A stretch of 57,257 nt of DNA from an uncultured virus (IMG/VR IMGVR_UViG_3300045391_005857) (IMGVR_UViG_3300045391_005857); one strand, 5' to 3'; shown: positions 36,199-45,686, counted from the first letter of the stretch. Translations and numbers: made by a program. The notes: generated from the letters alone by a model not told the origin.

Positions 36199-36411
36199 AT
36201 GTTAGGTACGATCAAAAACCTCGCCGAAAAGGGATTCGGCTTTATCACCAAAGATGGGGCAGCTCGTGGGGATAAAGACTATTTCTTCCACTGCCGCGCC
36301 TTGCAGAACGCTTCCTTCGAGGAGTTGGAGCGGGGCCAACGTGTGGAGTTCGACACGGAGCCCGACCCACAAGGTCGCGGCGACCGGGCCATTAACGTAC
36401 GTCGCGTTTAG
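36199..36411 (+). CDS. cold-shock domain protein
   Basis: KGFGFI (RNP1), DYFFH (RNP2), GQRVEF...RAINV. Confidence 0.92.
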   Translation: MLGTIKNLAEKGFGFITKDGAARGDKDYFFHCRALQNASFEELERGQRVEFDTEPDPQGRGDRAINVRRV

Positions 36412-36443
36412 GCTTGCCGATGCTTTCGACAGGTTGATACGAT

Positions 36444-37028
36444 ATGTCGATCTGGGAGTCTGTCGCTCGGCTCGCGGCGAGGCTAGGGATTGGTCAACCG
36501 ATGTCTATCAAGATTGTCTTTGACGTTCGGGTCCTTACCGCCCTAGAAACTATCGCAGCGGAGTCTGTTAAACAGACCGAGCTGCTCACCGATATCCGTG
36601 ATGTCATGCGGCGGGCTATTCCGCCACACAGTGCTCGTAACCTGCAGTTTCATTTGTTAAAGGAGATCGAGGTGGACAAGATCATTTTCTCTCTGTCGGC
36701 CGACGCCCCCGACCCGGATGTCAAGACGCGCGAGCTGACGCTCACGCTCAATCCTGGTACGTCGGAGGAAGCATTGCTTACGAAGGTCACTGGCGACGCG
36801 TCCACGGTGGAATTCACCAAGGACAGCGACGGCAACGACCTCGGCGGTCCGCAGGACGCGTTCGTGAAGGCCTCGCTCGTCGACATCGACGACGGCGGCA
36901 ATCCGGCCGATCCGACCGAGATCACGTTCCAGTTGCTCGACACGTTCCCGCCCGTCTCGGCCACAGGCCTCGGCGTGAAGTTCGTGCGCGAGGACCAGGT
37001 TCCTGATCCGCCGGCTCCGACGCCCTGA
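36444..37028 (+). CDS. hypothetical protein
   Basis: 194-aa ORF; start uncertain. Confidence 0.6.
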   Translation: MSIWESVARLAARLGIGQPMSIKIVFDVRVLTALETIAAESVKQTELLTDIRDVMRRAIPPHSARNLQFHLLKEIEVDKIIFSLSADAPDPDVKTRELTLTLNPGTSEEALLTKVTGDASTVEFTKDSDGNDLGGPQDAFVKASLVDIDDGGNPADPTEITFQLLDTFPPVSATGLGVKFVREDQVPDPPAPTP

Positions 37029-37034
37029 GTGCTG

Positions 37035-37109
37035 CGCAAAGATTGGGCAAAGCGCGTAGCGCTGCTCCGGTGCTTACTTGTTAAGCAGGCGCTACGCGCA
37101 CCATTTGCG
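37035..37109. other. long intergenic hairpin
   Basis: CGCAAA/TTTGCG, GCGCGTAGCGC/GCGCTACGCGC and TGCTTA/TAAGCA nested stems. Confidence 0.7.
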
Positions 37110-37172
37110 GAAGTGTCCAGCAGGCGGCTCTAAAAAGATTTTTGAAATTGCTCTCCAGGGAGGGGTAGCAGC

Positions 37173-39515
37173 ATGTCCCAAGCGTTCTCGCTGCTGGGTC
37201 CGATGAACACTCGGCCGTACGCGATCGGCGAACGGCCGGGCGGCTCGTACATCCCCACGATCCCACTGCTCTCGGGGCAAACTGGGTGGGATAGTCTGAC
37301 TCCGTATTACACGTCGCGTGCGCTGGATACGCATCTTGAACATTTCGGGCATGGCGGCCCGCGGGTGACGGATCACCCGCTGACGAAGAAGGCCAATGGC
37401 TTGATGACGTTGACGCGCGGTCTGTCCAAGCCCGGCGTGCCGCCGATCGATCCCAAGGTCTACGCCCGGCTCTTCCCGAAAATCGATCTCAGCAAGTCCC
37501 GCTCGACCGGCCCTGGTTTCTGGGATCGCGCCAAGGCAGTAGCTGCCCATCCGGCGACGCCCGGTGTTGTAGGTGCTGGCGCTGTCGGCGGTAGTGGGCT
37601 TGCTATGTTTGGCGGTGCTTTAGCTGCAGGTAACCCTGTCGCGGCGCCACAAGAAGGTGTTGGTGAAGGTAGCGGCCTGCCCAAGGGGACGCCGGATACG
37701 ACATCCGGCGAGACCGGCCCAATCCCAGGCCCGGGCCTCCCGAAGATCGAACTGCCGGAGAGTTTGCAGAAGCTGGTCGGCGGTGTTGGCGATCCTGGAC
37801 AGATCGCTCAGTTCGCCGGCAAGAACTGGGGAGCGTTGCTCGGTGGCGGGATGGGTCTCGCCGGTCTCGCTTATTTGCTCAACAAGCGTCGGCAGGCCAA
37901 GCAGCGGGAGAAGACGTTAGCGTCGATGCCATTCGTGATGAAGTCGGCGGAGGACGTCCGCGTCTTTGCGTTGGAGCATCCGCTCGTGGCCGGCTTTCTG
38001 CGACGCTGCGGGGAAGCCAAGCTCAACGATCGACAAATCATTACCAAGATTGCGGCTGCCTGCCGCGTCGATCCGTCGATTAAAGCAGCCTTCGACGCGG
38101 CCGGTACGTTGTTTGATCAAAGACAGCCGCCACAGTCGCCGAACCCGATGATTGCCAAAGCACCGCAGCCGAATCTAGCTGGCGACGAGCTGGCTAAGGC
38201 GCGCGCAAATGTGCCCCCGCCTGGTTCTCCGCAGGGCGGCAAGTTGGTGGGCTCACCCAGTCTGCCCGATAAGCCAATGAATGGTCCCAGCTTGTACGGC
38301 CATTACGCCGACCAGGCGTTCAATCCAAATCACGATTGGAGCCAGGACCCCACCGACGCACCGGGCGACGCAGCGTTGCGAACCGGTGCCCGTGTCAGCG
38401 GCGCTGTCGGTGGCGCTGCCGGCCTGGCCGCTGGCGGCATTGCAGCGACCCCGCTGGCGACGCTGCCGGCAACATCAGCACTCGGTGCGGCCGGCGGTGC
38501 TGCAGCACGTACTGCCGGCGGGCTGGCTGGTCAAGTTGCTCTCATCGGAGGCGCTCAAGCTATCGGACAAGGTATTCATGATTCACTCGGCGGTAATCAG
38601 CACATGGATATGGGCATGGGCGAAATGCCGCCAGCGGTCGACGGCAACGGGCAGCCGATCACTACGCCCGAGCAAGCTAAGCAGCACGTAGCTGAGACGG
38701 GGCAGAAGATACAGGAGGCCGCGGCTCAAAATCCCGAAATCAAAAATACTCTGGCTGAGGCGAATAAAACGCAGCAAGCGCCGCCCAGTATGACGGCCGG
38801 CGCCGCACAGAATTTATTAAACGAGCCGCACATCAAAGCCATGGGGGCAACATTGCAGGATGCGTGGCAGCACGTCTCCGCAATGCCGTGGCAACAGCAA
38901 GCACCGCTCTGGCTCGGCCTGGGGCTCGGGACGTACGGATTGCTGCATGGTCTATTCGGCAAAGAAGGCGGGATCGGCGATTGGCTGATGGGGCTGGTAG
39001 GTCTTGGCACTGCGGCTGGTATGGCAGCCCGCGGCGGTGCGTTTGGCCAAGGGGCCCAGCAAGCCGTACATGGTGCTGTTGGCGGAATCGGTAACTGGTT
39101 AAACGGAATGTTGCAAGGCAAAGCTGGTCCGCAGCAAGCTGGTGGGCAACCAGCAGCGACACTGTCGGAGGCTCCCAAGGTGGAGCCGAGCGCTATGCAA
39201 GGCGTCATGGCGAATCATAGCTGGCTGACACCGCATATCGGCGGCGGGGATGATCCGCACGCACTCGATAAAGGCGATCAAGCCGCGATTCTTAAAGCAT
39301 TTGCCGCTGGACAAATCAAACCAGAGCAAATGCAGGCTCTCGTACAAGAGCCTGCGCTCAGGCCGCTTATCCAGCACGGCGTCGATAGCGAGCTAGATAC
39401 GCAACGGAGCGGGCCAATAGCGCGGATGACCAACTGGGGCAGAGCGCTTACTCGCGAGCAGGCTTTACAGCACGCGGAGCCGTGGCAGCGGCAGCTTTAT
39501 GACTGGACGCGCTAA
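37173..39515 (+). CDS. Gly/Ala-rich 780-aa protein with hydrophobic helices, possible ejection/internal virion protein
   Basis: GxxxG-rich segments; KKAN, KSAE and KIAA motifs; GGAGG RBS. Confidence 0.7.
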   Translation: MSQAFSLLGPMNTRPYAIGERPGGSYIPTIPLLSGQTGWDSLTPYYTSRALDTHLEHFGHGGPRVTDHPLTKKANGLMTLTRGLSKPGVPPIDPKVYARLFPKIDLSKSRSTGPGFWDRAKAVAAHPATPGVVGAGAVGGSGLAMFGGALAAGNPVAAPQEGVGEGSGLPKGTPDTTSGETGPIPGPGLPKIELPESLQKLVGGVGDPGQIAQFAGKNWGALLGGGMGLAGLAYLLNKRRQAKQREKTLASMPFVMKSAEDVRVFALEHPLVAGFLRRCGEAKLNDRQIITKIAAACRVDPSIKAAFDAAGTLFDQRQPPQSPNPMIAKAPQPNLAGDELAKARANVPPPGSPQGGKLVGSPSLPDKPMNGPSLYGHYADQAFNPNHDWSQDPTDAPGDAALRTGARVSGAVGGAAGLAAGGIAATPLATLPATSALGAAGGAAARTAGGLAGQVALIGGAQAIGQGIHDSLGGNQHMDMGMGEMPPAVDGNGQPITTPEQAKQHVAETGQKIQEAAAQNPEIKNTLAEANKTQQAPPSMTAGAAQNLLNEPHIKAMGATLQDAWQHVSAMPWQQQAPLWLGLGLGTYGLLHGLFGKEGGIGDWLMGLVGLGTAAGMAARGGAFGQGAQQAVHGAVGGIGNWLNGMLQGKAGPQQAGGQPAATLSEAPKVEPSAMQGVMANHSWLTPHIGGGDDPHALDKGDQAAILKAFAAGQIKPEQMQALVQEPALRPLIQHGVDSELDTQRSGPIARMTNWGRALTREQALQHAEPWQRQLYDWTR

Positions 39516-39649
39516 CGGCCGGTGAGCCCGGCATAGAAGGCCAGCCAGCAGAGATAGGCTATCAAGCCCCAGAGCTGGTAGCGGCAATTGGTAAGACGTT
39601 TCTCCAGGATCGCGACGCGGTCTTCTAGCGGCAATTCAGGTGTTGCCAT
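39512..39649 (-). CDS. small membrane protein (45 aa, not in ORF track)
   Basis: GGAG RBS; MATPELPLEDRVAILEK...TM. Confidence 0.5.
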   Translation of the reverse strand: MATPELPLEDRVAILEKRLTNCRYQLWGLIAYLCWLAFYAGLTGR

Positions 39650-39738
39650 GGCGGCCAATACTCCGGTGTTTTAATGTTCGCCCATACGCGCAATCGTAAT
39701 CTCGACAAGCTCCCGAAGCCATAGTCTCAAAAACCACA

Positions 39739-39767
39739 TTGCCGCCACTTCGGGGGACTGATAAATT
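39739..39767 (+). promoter_or_regulatory. sigma70-like promoter for the structured RNA
   Basis: TTGCCG-17-TAAATT with TG extension; predicted +1 near 39774. Confidence 0.6.
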
Positions 39768-39774
39768 CATGGGC

Positions 39775-40015
39775 CTGGCATCGGAGCGCTGTCTTGGCCG
39801 CCCTGGCACGGGCTGGTGAAGACCGCCGGGGCCTACTATGAGGGTAGCTCCTGGCGTAGGAAAGCTCGTTTGGTAAACGCCGTCTGACGAGCGAGGACGG
39901 AGCGACGAAAGTGCCTTAATGTCGTCGCGGTGGGTGTGGGTGGCGCAAGTCATCCATGTCCGGTACCCGGGGGAAAGGGGATCTCCGGGGGCTTACGGCG
40001 GCGCTCCGGTGCCAG
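39775..40015 (+). ncRNA. unclassified multi-branched structured RNA (~240 nt)
   Basis: 19-bp closing helix with 3 G-U pairs, GCAA-capped 13-bp hairpin, several further stems, possible loop-loop pairing. Confidence 0.75.
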
Positions 40016-40076
40016 AGTTTGACGAAGCTGCTGCGTGGAGACGATACCACGGATTACTCCAAGGAGGGATGTAACG

Positions 40077-40394
40077 ATGCAGAGCAGCGACTGGCTCACA
40101 ATTGCCTTGTGGGGCTTGGGTGCACTGGGCACCGTGGTCGCAACTCTGATGGGTGTGCTGGCCTATTTCCTCAAGCGCCTCATCGATCAACTCGACAGCA
40201 CACGCCGCCAGGTGTTTTCGCTGCGAGATGAACTTCGCTCTATGCACGGGAAGTTCAAATTGTTCAAGATTGAGGTGCGCTTGCTGCTAACCAAGGCCGG
40301 CGTCAACACTCGCGAGATCGAAGAACTCGTCAAGCTGGCTGACGACGACGAGATCGCTGGTCCCTTGGACGACGTTGAGCTGCTGCCACCATGA
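40077..40394 (+). CDS. single-TM plus coiled-coil protein
   Basis: AAGGAGG RBS, N-terminal TM. Confidence 0.7.
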   Translation: MQSSDWLTIALWGLGALGTVVATLMGVLAYFLKRLIDQLDSTRRQVFSLRDELRSMHGKFKLFKIEVRLLLTKAGVNTREIEELVKLADDDEIAGPLDDVELLPP

Positions 40395-43300
40395 ACGATA
40401 TCTACTATTACGACGTTGGTGTAACGGTCGGCGCGATCTATCAGGCGTTACTGCGACGACCATCGGTCGAGAAGATTGCGGCCACGGCCGAACTGTCCTA
40501 CGGTCTGAAGGGACAGCTCTACAAATCGAGTGCCGGCTGGATTTTGCTGACGGTGCCGAATCATCTCGGCCGCGGGGCTTTCGATGCCCTCGGGGAGACC
40601 GGCATCGAGCTGCCGCTTAACAGCAAGGGCATCTACAACGCGCATATCTCGGTCATGCGACCCGAGGAGGTCGAGACGATCCCCGGCGGGGCCGGCGCGA
40701 TCAGCGAGCGGGGGCATGACTTCGCCTACACGCTAGGTCCGGTACGATCGGTGAAGCCGCACGGCTGGAGCGACGTCGCGAAGGTCTGGTACATCGAAGT
40801 TCACAGCCCTCAACTAGAACAACTGCGGAGAAGCTATGGGTTATCGTCACGACCGCGCGAAAACAAACATCGCTTCCACATCACGATCGCTATAAGAAAG
40901 TCGCAGGTCCTCCGGGAGAATGACAAGTCCAAAGCGGCTTCGTTCATTCACTACCCGGAGGAGATGTTTCGCGGTCGACTGGCGACAGCGGGACCTCCGC
41001 AGCTCGCCGAAGATGCTTTCCCCTGTTGTGATGCGGAGGCGGAGACTGGCGAGACGATCAAGACGGGGGAGGAAGCGATCGCGGCGCCAAAGGGTGAACT
41101 GTGCCCGTATTGTCAAGCGCGTTTAGAGTACAACCCCGACGATCAGACGTGCAACCATTGCGGCAAAGAGTATCCGCCGGAGAAGCTGGCGGCAGAGTCT
41201 GCCGGGCTCCATCCGGCAGTTGCACAGACAGTGCAACAGCATGGACAGATAGGTCCTGGCTTCCCCTACCAAAGCACAATCGGCCACGGGAAAGTTGGTC
41301 CCTTGATGCATTCGGACGCCGGGCTGGATTTTTTGCACCACGTACATGGCGATGCCGCCCGCGCTGGTTTGGGGCAGTCGTTACGCCGTAGCGGTTACGA
41401 CCCGACCAGCGAGCAGGCAACTAACGTCGGGCAGCAATTGTTCAATCAGCGATGGCCAACACAATTACCGCCGGTGCAATCAGGCAATGTTAGTCAGGCC
41501 GCTGGTGTCGGTGTGCAATTAGCCCCCGGTAGTTTTGAGCAGTCTTTGTACGGCATGCCTGCACACGGCATACTTAATCACGAGTTGGAGCATGTGCGAC
41601 AGGATCGCGTACCTGGCGGCGGGGCCGGGGTAGAGGTTGGGCCTAGTCTCGGTGATTTGGTATTCGCGAACGAGACGGCGAGACAGGTTACCGGGCAGCC
41701 TACGCAGCATCAGGTGACTTTTCCGAGTGGAAAAGAACACGACATCAACTGGATGACGGATCAAGCTAAGCAGCACGGGTATTTCGGCGGGAAGTCAATG
41801 GATGACTTATTGGCGACGCCGGCCGGTCAGCAGTGGTTACAGCAGGCGATTGGCGAGAAGGGGGCAGGTCTGCTGCCGTCGGTACACCTCCAGCCGCAAC
41901 AGCAACGCGTCTCGGACGAGATCAAACACCAACGCGTCCGTAAGCTCCTCTACCACTCCCTCGGCTCAGGCAAGACGCTGTCGTCTATCGCGGCCGCGGA
42001 ATCGGCTGGCGAGCCCTACCTGGCGACTGTGCCCGCGGCGCTGCGGCCGAACTTCAAGAACGAGCAAGCCCGCTGGACCGATCAACAAACGCCATCCGAG
42101 GTCGAGAGCTATTCCGCCCTCGCCAAGGGCGTCCCCCAGCAACACTTCGGCACCGCGATCTTCGACGAAGCCCAGCGACTGCGGAATGAGAACTCGCTAC
42201 AGACACAGCACGCTAAAGAAGTTGCGCGGCAGACGCCCAATCTGCTCATGCTCTCCGGCACTCCGATCGTGAACGGGCCAGGCGACTTCGCCCCGCTGGC
42301 CGAGATGCTCACGGGCAAGCCGCAGGACTCCAAGACGTTTGAGCAAACCTACGTCGGTCAGAAGACCGTGCGGCCTAGTCTGATGGCCCGCTTCCGCGGC
42401 GTGCAGCCGGCGAAGGTGCCGGTACTTAGAAACCAAGACCAGCTCAAAAAGCTGCTCGCCGGCCACGTCGATTACCACGCGCCGGCGAAGCCCGACGTCG
42501 AGCAAGTCGAGGAGCGTTATGAGACGCCCATGTCGGGCGAGCAGACGAAACTCTACCAGGCTTTCTGGAATCAGTTGCCGTGGGTGCTCCGCTGGAAGCT
42601 GCAGCACGAGTTCCCGCTCTCCAAGCAGGAGATCGGTAATCTATCCTCGTTCCTGGCCGGCCCTCGTCAGGTTTCCTTGTCAACGCTGCCCTTTATGCGC
42701 GGCCGTCGCGACCCGTACAAAGCCTTCCAACAATCACCCAAGCTCCAGCGGGCGATGCAGCTCGCTGAAGAGACGCTCGGCAGCAATCCCAACGCCAAGA
42801 TCGTCGCGTTCTCAAATTTCCTCGAAGCGGGCCTGCAGCCGTACGCAGCGGCGTTGGCTGCTAAGAAAATCCCCTATGCCATCTTTCATGGCGGCATGAA
42901 TGATGCCGAGCGCAAGCGGGCCGTCGCCGACTACAACGCTAATCGTATCCGGGCACTCCTCATCGCTCCGGCCGGCGCCGAGGGCATCTCCCTCAAGCAT
43001 ACCAACGCGCTGCAGCTCCTCGACCCGCACTGGAACGAAGCCCGCCTCGATCAGGCGATCGGCCGCGGCATCCGCTTCGATTCGCACACCGATCTACCGC
43101 CCGAGCAGCGGAAGGTGCGGGTGCAACGGTTCTTGTCGACGCTGCCGCCAGGCGTGCTATCGCGGCTGTGGCGGTACATCATTCAAACCAAGCCCAACAC
43201 CGAAAAAAGCAGCCCGGGTGTCGACCTGTACCTGGAGCACCGGGCCCGGAAGAAACAGGAGCTGAATAACCAGTTCCTCAATCTGCTCAAGGAGATCGGA

Positions 43301-43576
43301 TCACCCAAAGCCGCGGCCGCGACTGGCAGTTACTACCTGGACGCTGTTCAGCAAACGCCAGTCAGCTATGATTCATCCCAAGGTGCATTGCAGAACCTGC
43401 TAATGCACCTGGGCAAGGTCAGGGCTCGTGGCGATCGGGCGATCACAGAAGCCGAGAACTGGGACAGCTTGCAGGACGCCGCGGACCCAAATCGGTCACT
43501 TCTCAGGTTGCAGAGGCAACTAGCAGGCGAACCACCACTCGTCTCCCACCCTCTGGATAGATTGCTGCATGCTTAA
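40391..43576 (+). CDS. multidomain 2H phosphoesterase / Zn ribbon / HExxH / SNF2-family helicase
   Basis: HISV and HITI; CPYC..CNHC; HELEH; HSLGSGKT, DEAQ, SGTP, EGISL, QAIGRGIRFDSH. Confidence 0.88.
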   Translation: MNDIYYYDVGVTVGAIYQALLRRPSVEKIAATAELSYGLKGQLYKSSAGWILLTVPNHLGRGAFDALGETGIELPLNSKGIYNAHISVMRPEEVETIPGGAGAISERGHDFAYTLGPVRSVKPHGWSDVAKVWYIEVHSPQLEQLRRSYGLSSRPRENKHRFHITIAIRKSQVLRENDKSKAASFIHYPEEMFRGRLATAGPPQLAEDAFPCCDAEAETGETIKTGEEAIAAPKGELCPYCQARLEYNPDDQTCNHCGKEYPPEKLAAESAGLHPAVAQTVQQHGQIGPGFPYQSTIGHGKVGPLMHSDAGLDFLHHVHGDAARAGLGQSLRRSGYDPTSEQATNVGQQLFNQRWPTQLPPVQSGNVSQAAGVGVQLAPGSFEQSLYGMPAHGILNHELEHVRQDRVPGGGAGVEVGPSLGDLVFANETARQVTGQPTQHQVTFPSGKEHDINWMTDQAKQHGYFGGKSMDDLLATPAGQQWLQQAIGEKGAGLLPSVHLQPQQQRVSDEIKHQRVRKLLYHSLGSGKTLSSIAAAESAGEPYLATVPAALRPNFKNEQARWTDQQTPSEVESYSALAKGVPQQHFGTAIFDEAQRLRNENSLQTQHAKEVARQTPNLLMLSGTPIVNGPGDFAPLAEMLTGKPQDSKTFEQTYVGQKTVRPSLMARFRGVQPAKVPVLRNQDQLKKLLAGHVDYHAPAKPDVEQVEERYETPMSGEQTKLYQAFWNQLPWVLRWKLQHEFPLSKQEIGNLSSFLAGPRQVSLSTLPFMRGRRDPYKAFQQSPKLQRAMQLAEETLGSNPNAKIVAFSNFLEAGLQPYAAALAAKKIPYAIFHGGMNDAERKRAVADYNANRIRALLIAPAGAEGISLKHTNALQLLDPHWNEARLDQAIGRGIRFDSHTDLPPEQRKVRVQRFLSTLPPGVLSRLWRYIIQTKPNTEKSSPGVDLYLEHRARKKQELNNQFLNLLKEIGSPKAAAATGSYYLDAVQQTPVSYDSSQGALQNLLMHLGKVRARGDRAITEAENWDSLQDAADPNRSLLRLQRQLAGEPPLVSHPLDRLLHA
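42421..42433 (+). repeat. dispersed 13-mer, copy 5
   Basis: Exact copy inside the helicase CDS (VLRN). Confidence 0.9.
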
Positions 43577-43943
43577 AGCATTCGATTTCGTCGTCAACGC
43601 GATCGTCTGGGGCATCGTGGCCGCAATAGTAGCCGGGATGGCGCTGTGTGTCCTCGCCCAAGTTGTCGATTGGTTGGTCGCGATACGCCACTTGCTTCGC
43701 AAGCAACAGAAACCACTACAGGAACCGGAGTTTATGAGCGACTACAAGCCGGAGAGTGATTCGGAGTTGGAAGATCGAGCAAAGCAGATGGCCGAGTACT
43801 ACATGGGCCATCGCGAAAAAATGGGTGATGACGGGATCAGGGCCTGCATGCGTCGCGTGGCCCAGGAAAACCCGAAGCTGCATCGGTTCTTACAGCACGA
43901 GCTGACGGAATACATACGTTCCGAGAACCGTAAACCCAAGTAA
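43569..43943 (+). CDS. membrane-anchored hypothetical
   Basis: N-terminal TM. Confidence 0.6.
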   Translation: MLKAFDFVVNAIVWGIVAAIVAGMALCVLAQVVDWLVAIRHLLRKQQKPLQEPEFMSDYKPESDSELEDRAKQMAEYYMGHREKMGDDGIRACMRRVAQENPKLHRFLQHELTEYIRSENRKPK

Positions 43944-43945
43944 TC

Positions 43946-44227
43946 GTGACAATGTCTGGTTACTGGACTATGCTACGCAGCGGGCGGTTTAGTTCCGCCC
44001 GCGTTCGTGCCCGCCGGAAAAAGTATGCTGTCGGTCCTCGCGACCGACGGCGGGCTGCCCGCGACACACGAGGTTACACGCGGCGATGGGCTCAGAAGCA
44101 ACTACGCTTAGCCAACAAGCGACACCAGGACGCGATCGCCGCCTGGCTCTATGGTCCCTTCTCTTCGGGCCCGCCGCCGCGTCCGATCGAGAGCTGGGCC
44201 TGGCTGAACCGGTTGAAGACGGCGTAA
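43946..44227 (+). CDS. basic hypothetical protein
   Basis: Fills gap; overlaps the next ORF. Confidence 0.45.
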   Translation: MTMSGYWTMLRSGRFSSARVRARRKKYAVGPRDRRRAARDTRGYTRRWAQKQLRLANKRHQDAIAAWLYGPFSSGPPPRPIESWAWLNRLKTA

Positions 44228-45408
44228 AGCTCGCCGACTGGCAACAGGTGCCCGATCTCGTCCGCGAACGGTACAAAGAAGCGGCCGACGTCAAGAAGGT
44301 AGTCAGCCGGCTGCTCAAGCATCTGCCCAAAGAGATGCCCGACTATGGGCACGTCTTTTGGAACCCGAAGACGAAAGAGCTGTGGGCCGTGCTCAGCGAC
44401 AGCGAGCCGCAGTCCACCCATCAGCGCTGGCACAACGCGCTCAAAGCCGTCAACGGCGTCAGTGCCGTGCGGACAGAGGCCGAGTATGGTCCACATCGCG
44501 ACCCTGATTGGATTCGCGTCAAGAAAGCCGCCGCGCTCGAATATCTCAACAAGCCGTTCCAGATGGCCGGCGCGCTCACCGGCGGGCCGAGCCCAATGAC
44601 CAATGCGATCGTCGGCGGCCTCTTGGCCGGCGGAGCCGGTTATGCCGGCGGGGCGATCGCCGAACAACTGTTACCGCGGCGCTACGTGGAGCGTGGCCGC
44701 TTGCGAAAGGTACTTGGCTTGCTCGGCCTGGGGCTAGGCACTTTACCGGGGCTGTGGGAGGGCTCGGTGAATTCGCTGAATTCCAACCAGGCCGGCAAGC
44801 CTTTAGGTTGGCGAACGGCGATCACGCCGACGAACAACGTACCGCTCAATCCCCATACTCAGTTCCAGAGCAATCTATTACGGGGTGGACACTACAAAGG
44901 TGGCGAGGCGATCGACTGGGACACGCTCGACGCGGAGCTGGAGGGTTGCCCGCTGGCTCCGGAGTTCTTTTTGAAAGCGGCTGCCGGTTTCGCCGCCTCG
45001 CTCGGCCCTGCCGATTACAACCTGCGGTCGGTGCCGATGGACGCGTTCAATCAAGCGATCTGGAACGACGTCAGCAAAGGCATCAGCGCTCGCAACAACC
45101 CCTACGGCACCAAAGATCCGTGGGGCGACAACTCACAATCACTGCACACGCCACCGCCGCTGGGCGCAGCTACGGCGGGGCTCGTGGCCGGTATCGGCGC
45201 TCAATACGGGAATCCGTCGCTTCTTTCTCCTCAGCACTTCATCAGTGGTCTAGCGGCGGCCGGCGTCGATCTCGTAACAGCTCGCTTGGCAGGGGGCGTG
45301 CTCGGTGTGCTCGGCGGGCTCACGCCCGCTGCGCAAGAACAACTCCAAAATGCAGGGCTCTGGTCGGGTTTGATTCGCGGCGTAGCTAGCTCGGTGCTGG
45401 GCGTCTAG
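44086..45408 (+). CDS. Gly/Ala-rich probable virion protein
   Basis: KLAD, KKAAA and LKAAA motifs; true start may lie downstream. Confidence 0.65.
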   Translation: MGSEATTLSQQATPGRDRRLALWSLLFGPAAASDRELGLAEPVEDGVKLADWQQVPDLVRERYKEAADVKKVVSRLLKHLPKEMPDYGHVFWNPKTKELWAVLSDSEPQSTHQRWHNALKAVNGVSAVRTEAEYGPHRDPDWIRVKKAAALEYLNKPFQMAGALTGGPSPMTNAIVGGLLAGGAGYAGGAIAEQLLPRRYVERGRLRKVLGLLGLGLGTLPGLWEGSVNSLNSNQAGKPLGWRTAITPTNNVPLNPHTQFQSNLLRGGHYKGGEAIDWDTLDAELEGCPLAPEFFLKAAAGFAASLGPADYNLRSVPMDAFNQAIWNDVSKGISARNNPYGTKDPWGDNSQSLHTPPPLGAATAGLVAGIGAQYGNPSLLSPQHFISGLAAAGVDLVTARLAGGVLGVLGGLTPAAQEQLQNAGLWSGLIRGVASSVLGV

Positions 45409-45410
45409 GG

Positions 45411-45440
45411 TTGCCAAATCATGGGGCCTGTCAGTAAGGT
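45411..45440 (+). promoter_or_regulatory. possible sigma70-like promoter
   Basis: TTGCCA-18-TAAGGT just before GTG 45446. Confidence 0.35.
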
Positions 45441-45445
45441 AGGGC

Positions 45446-45670
45446 GTGCCGATGACCATCTTCCAAGCGGATTTGGAGAAGTGGTTCGCGCGGCCGCTCG
45501 TGCGGGACGATCCCGGCGAGAAGAAAATTCGCGACGCGGGTTTCGCGTTCGCTGTCGCGATTCTGGACAACACCAGCGCGGGCGTACCGGGGTTTAACCA
45601 GGAAGAAACGATTACGCGAATTCAGGAAGCCTGTTTACTGGCCTGCGCCAGTCGGCGGATATCACGTTAA
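45446..45670 (+). CDS. hypothetical protein
   Basis: 74-aa ORF. Confidence 0.6.
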   Translation: MPMTIFQADLEKWFARPLVRDDPGEKKIRDAGFAFAVAILDNTSAGVPGFNQEETITRIQEACLLACASRRISR

Positions 45671-45686
45671 AGCATGGAGGTTGGTC

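Noticed and set aside
39884..39915. Hammerhead-like CTGACGAG...CGAAA core
   Set aside because: Stem II pairs poorly and I found no stem III partner with a UH cleavage site.
39775..40015. RNase P RNA (AGGAAAG, GGTAAAC, GGCTTA echoes)
   Set aside because: Lacks the GUCC P4 strand and the ACAnAA element, so the resemblance is only partial. It also lacks tmRNA ends and the SRP loop.
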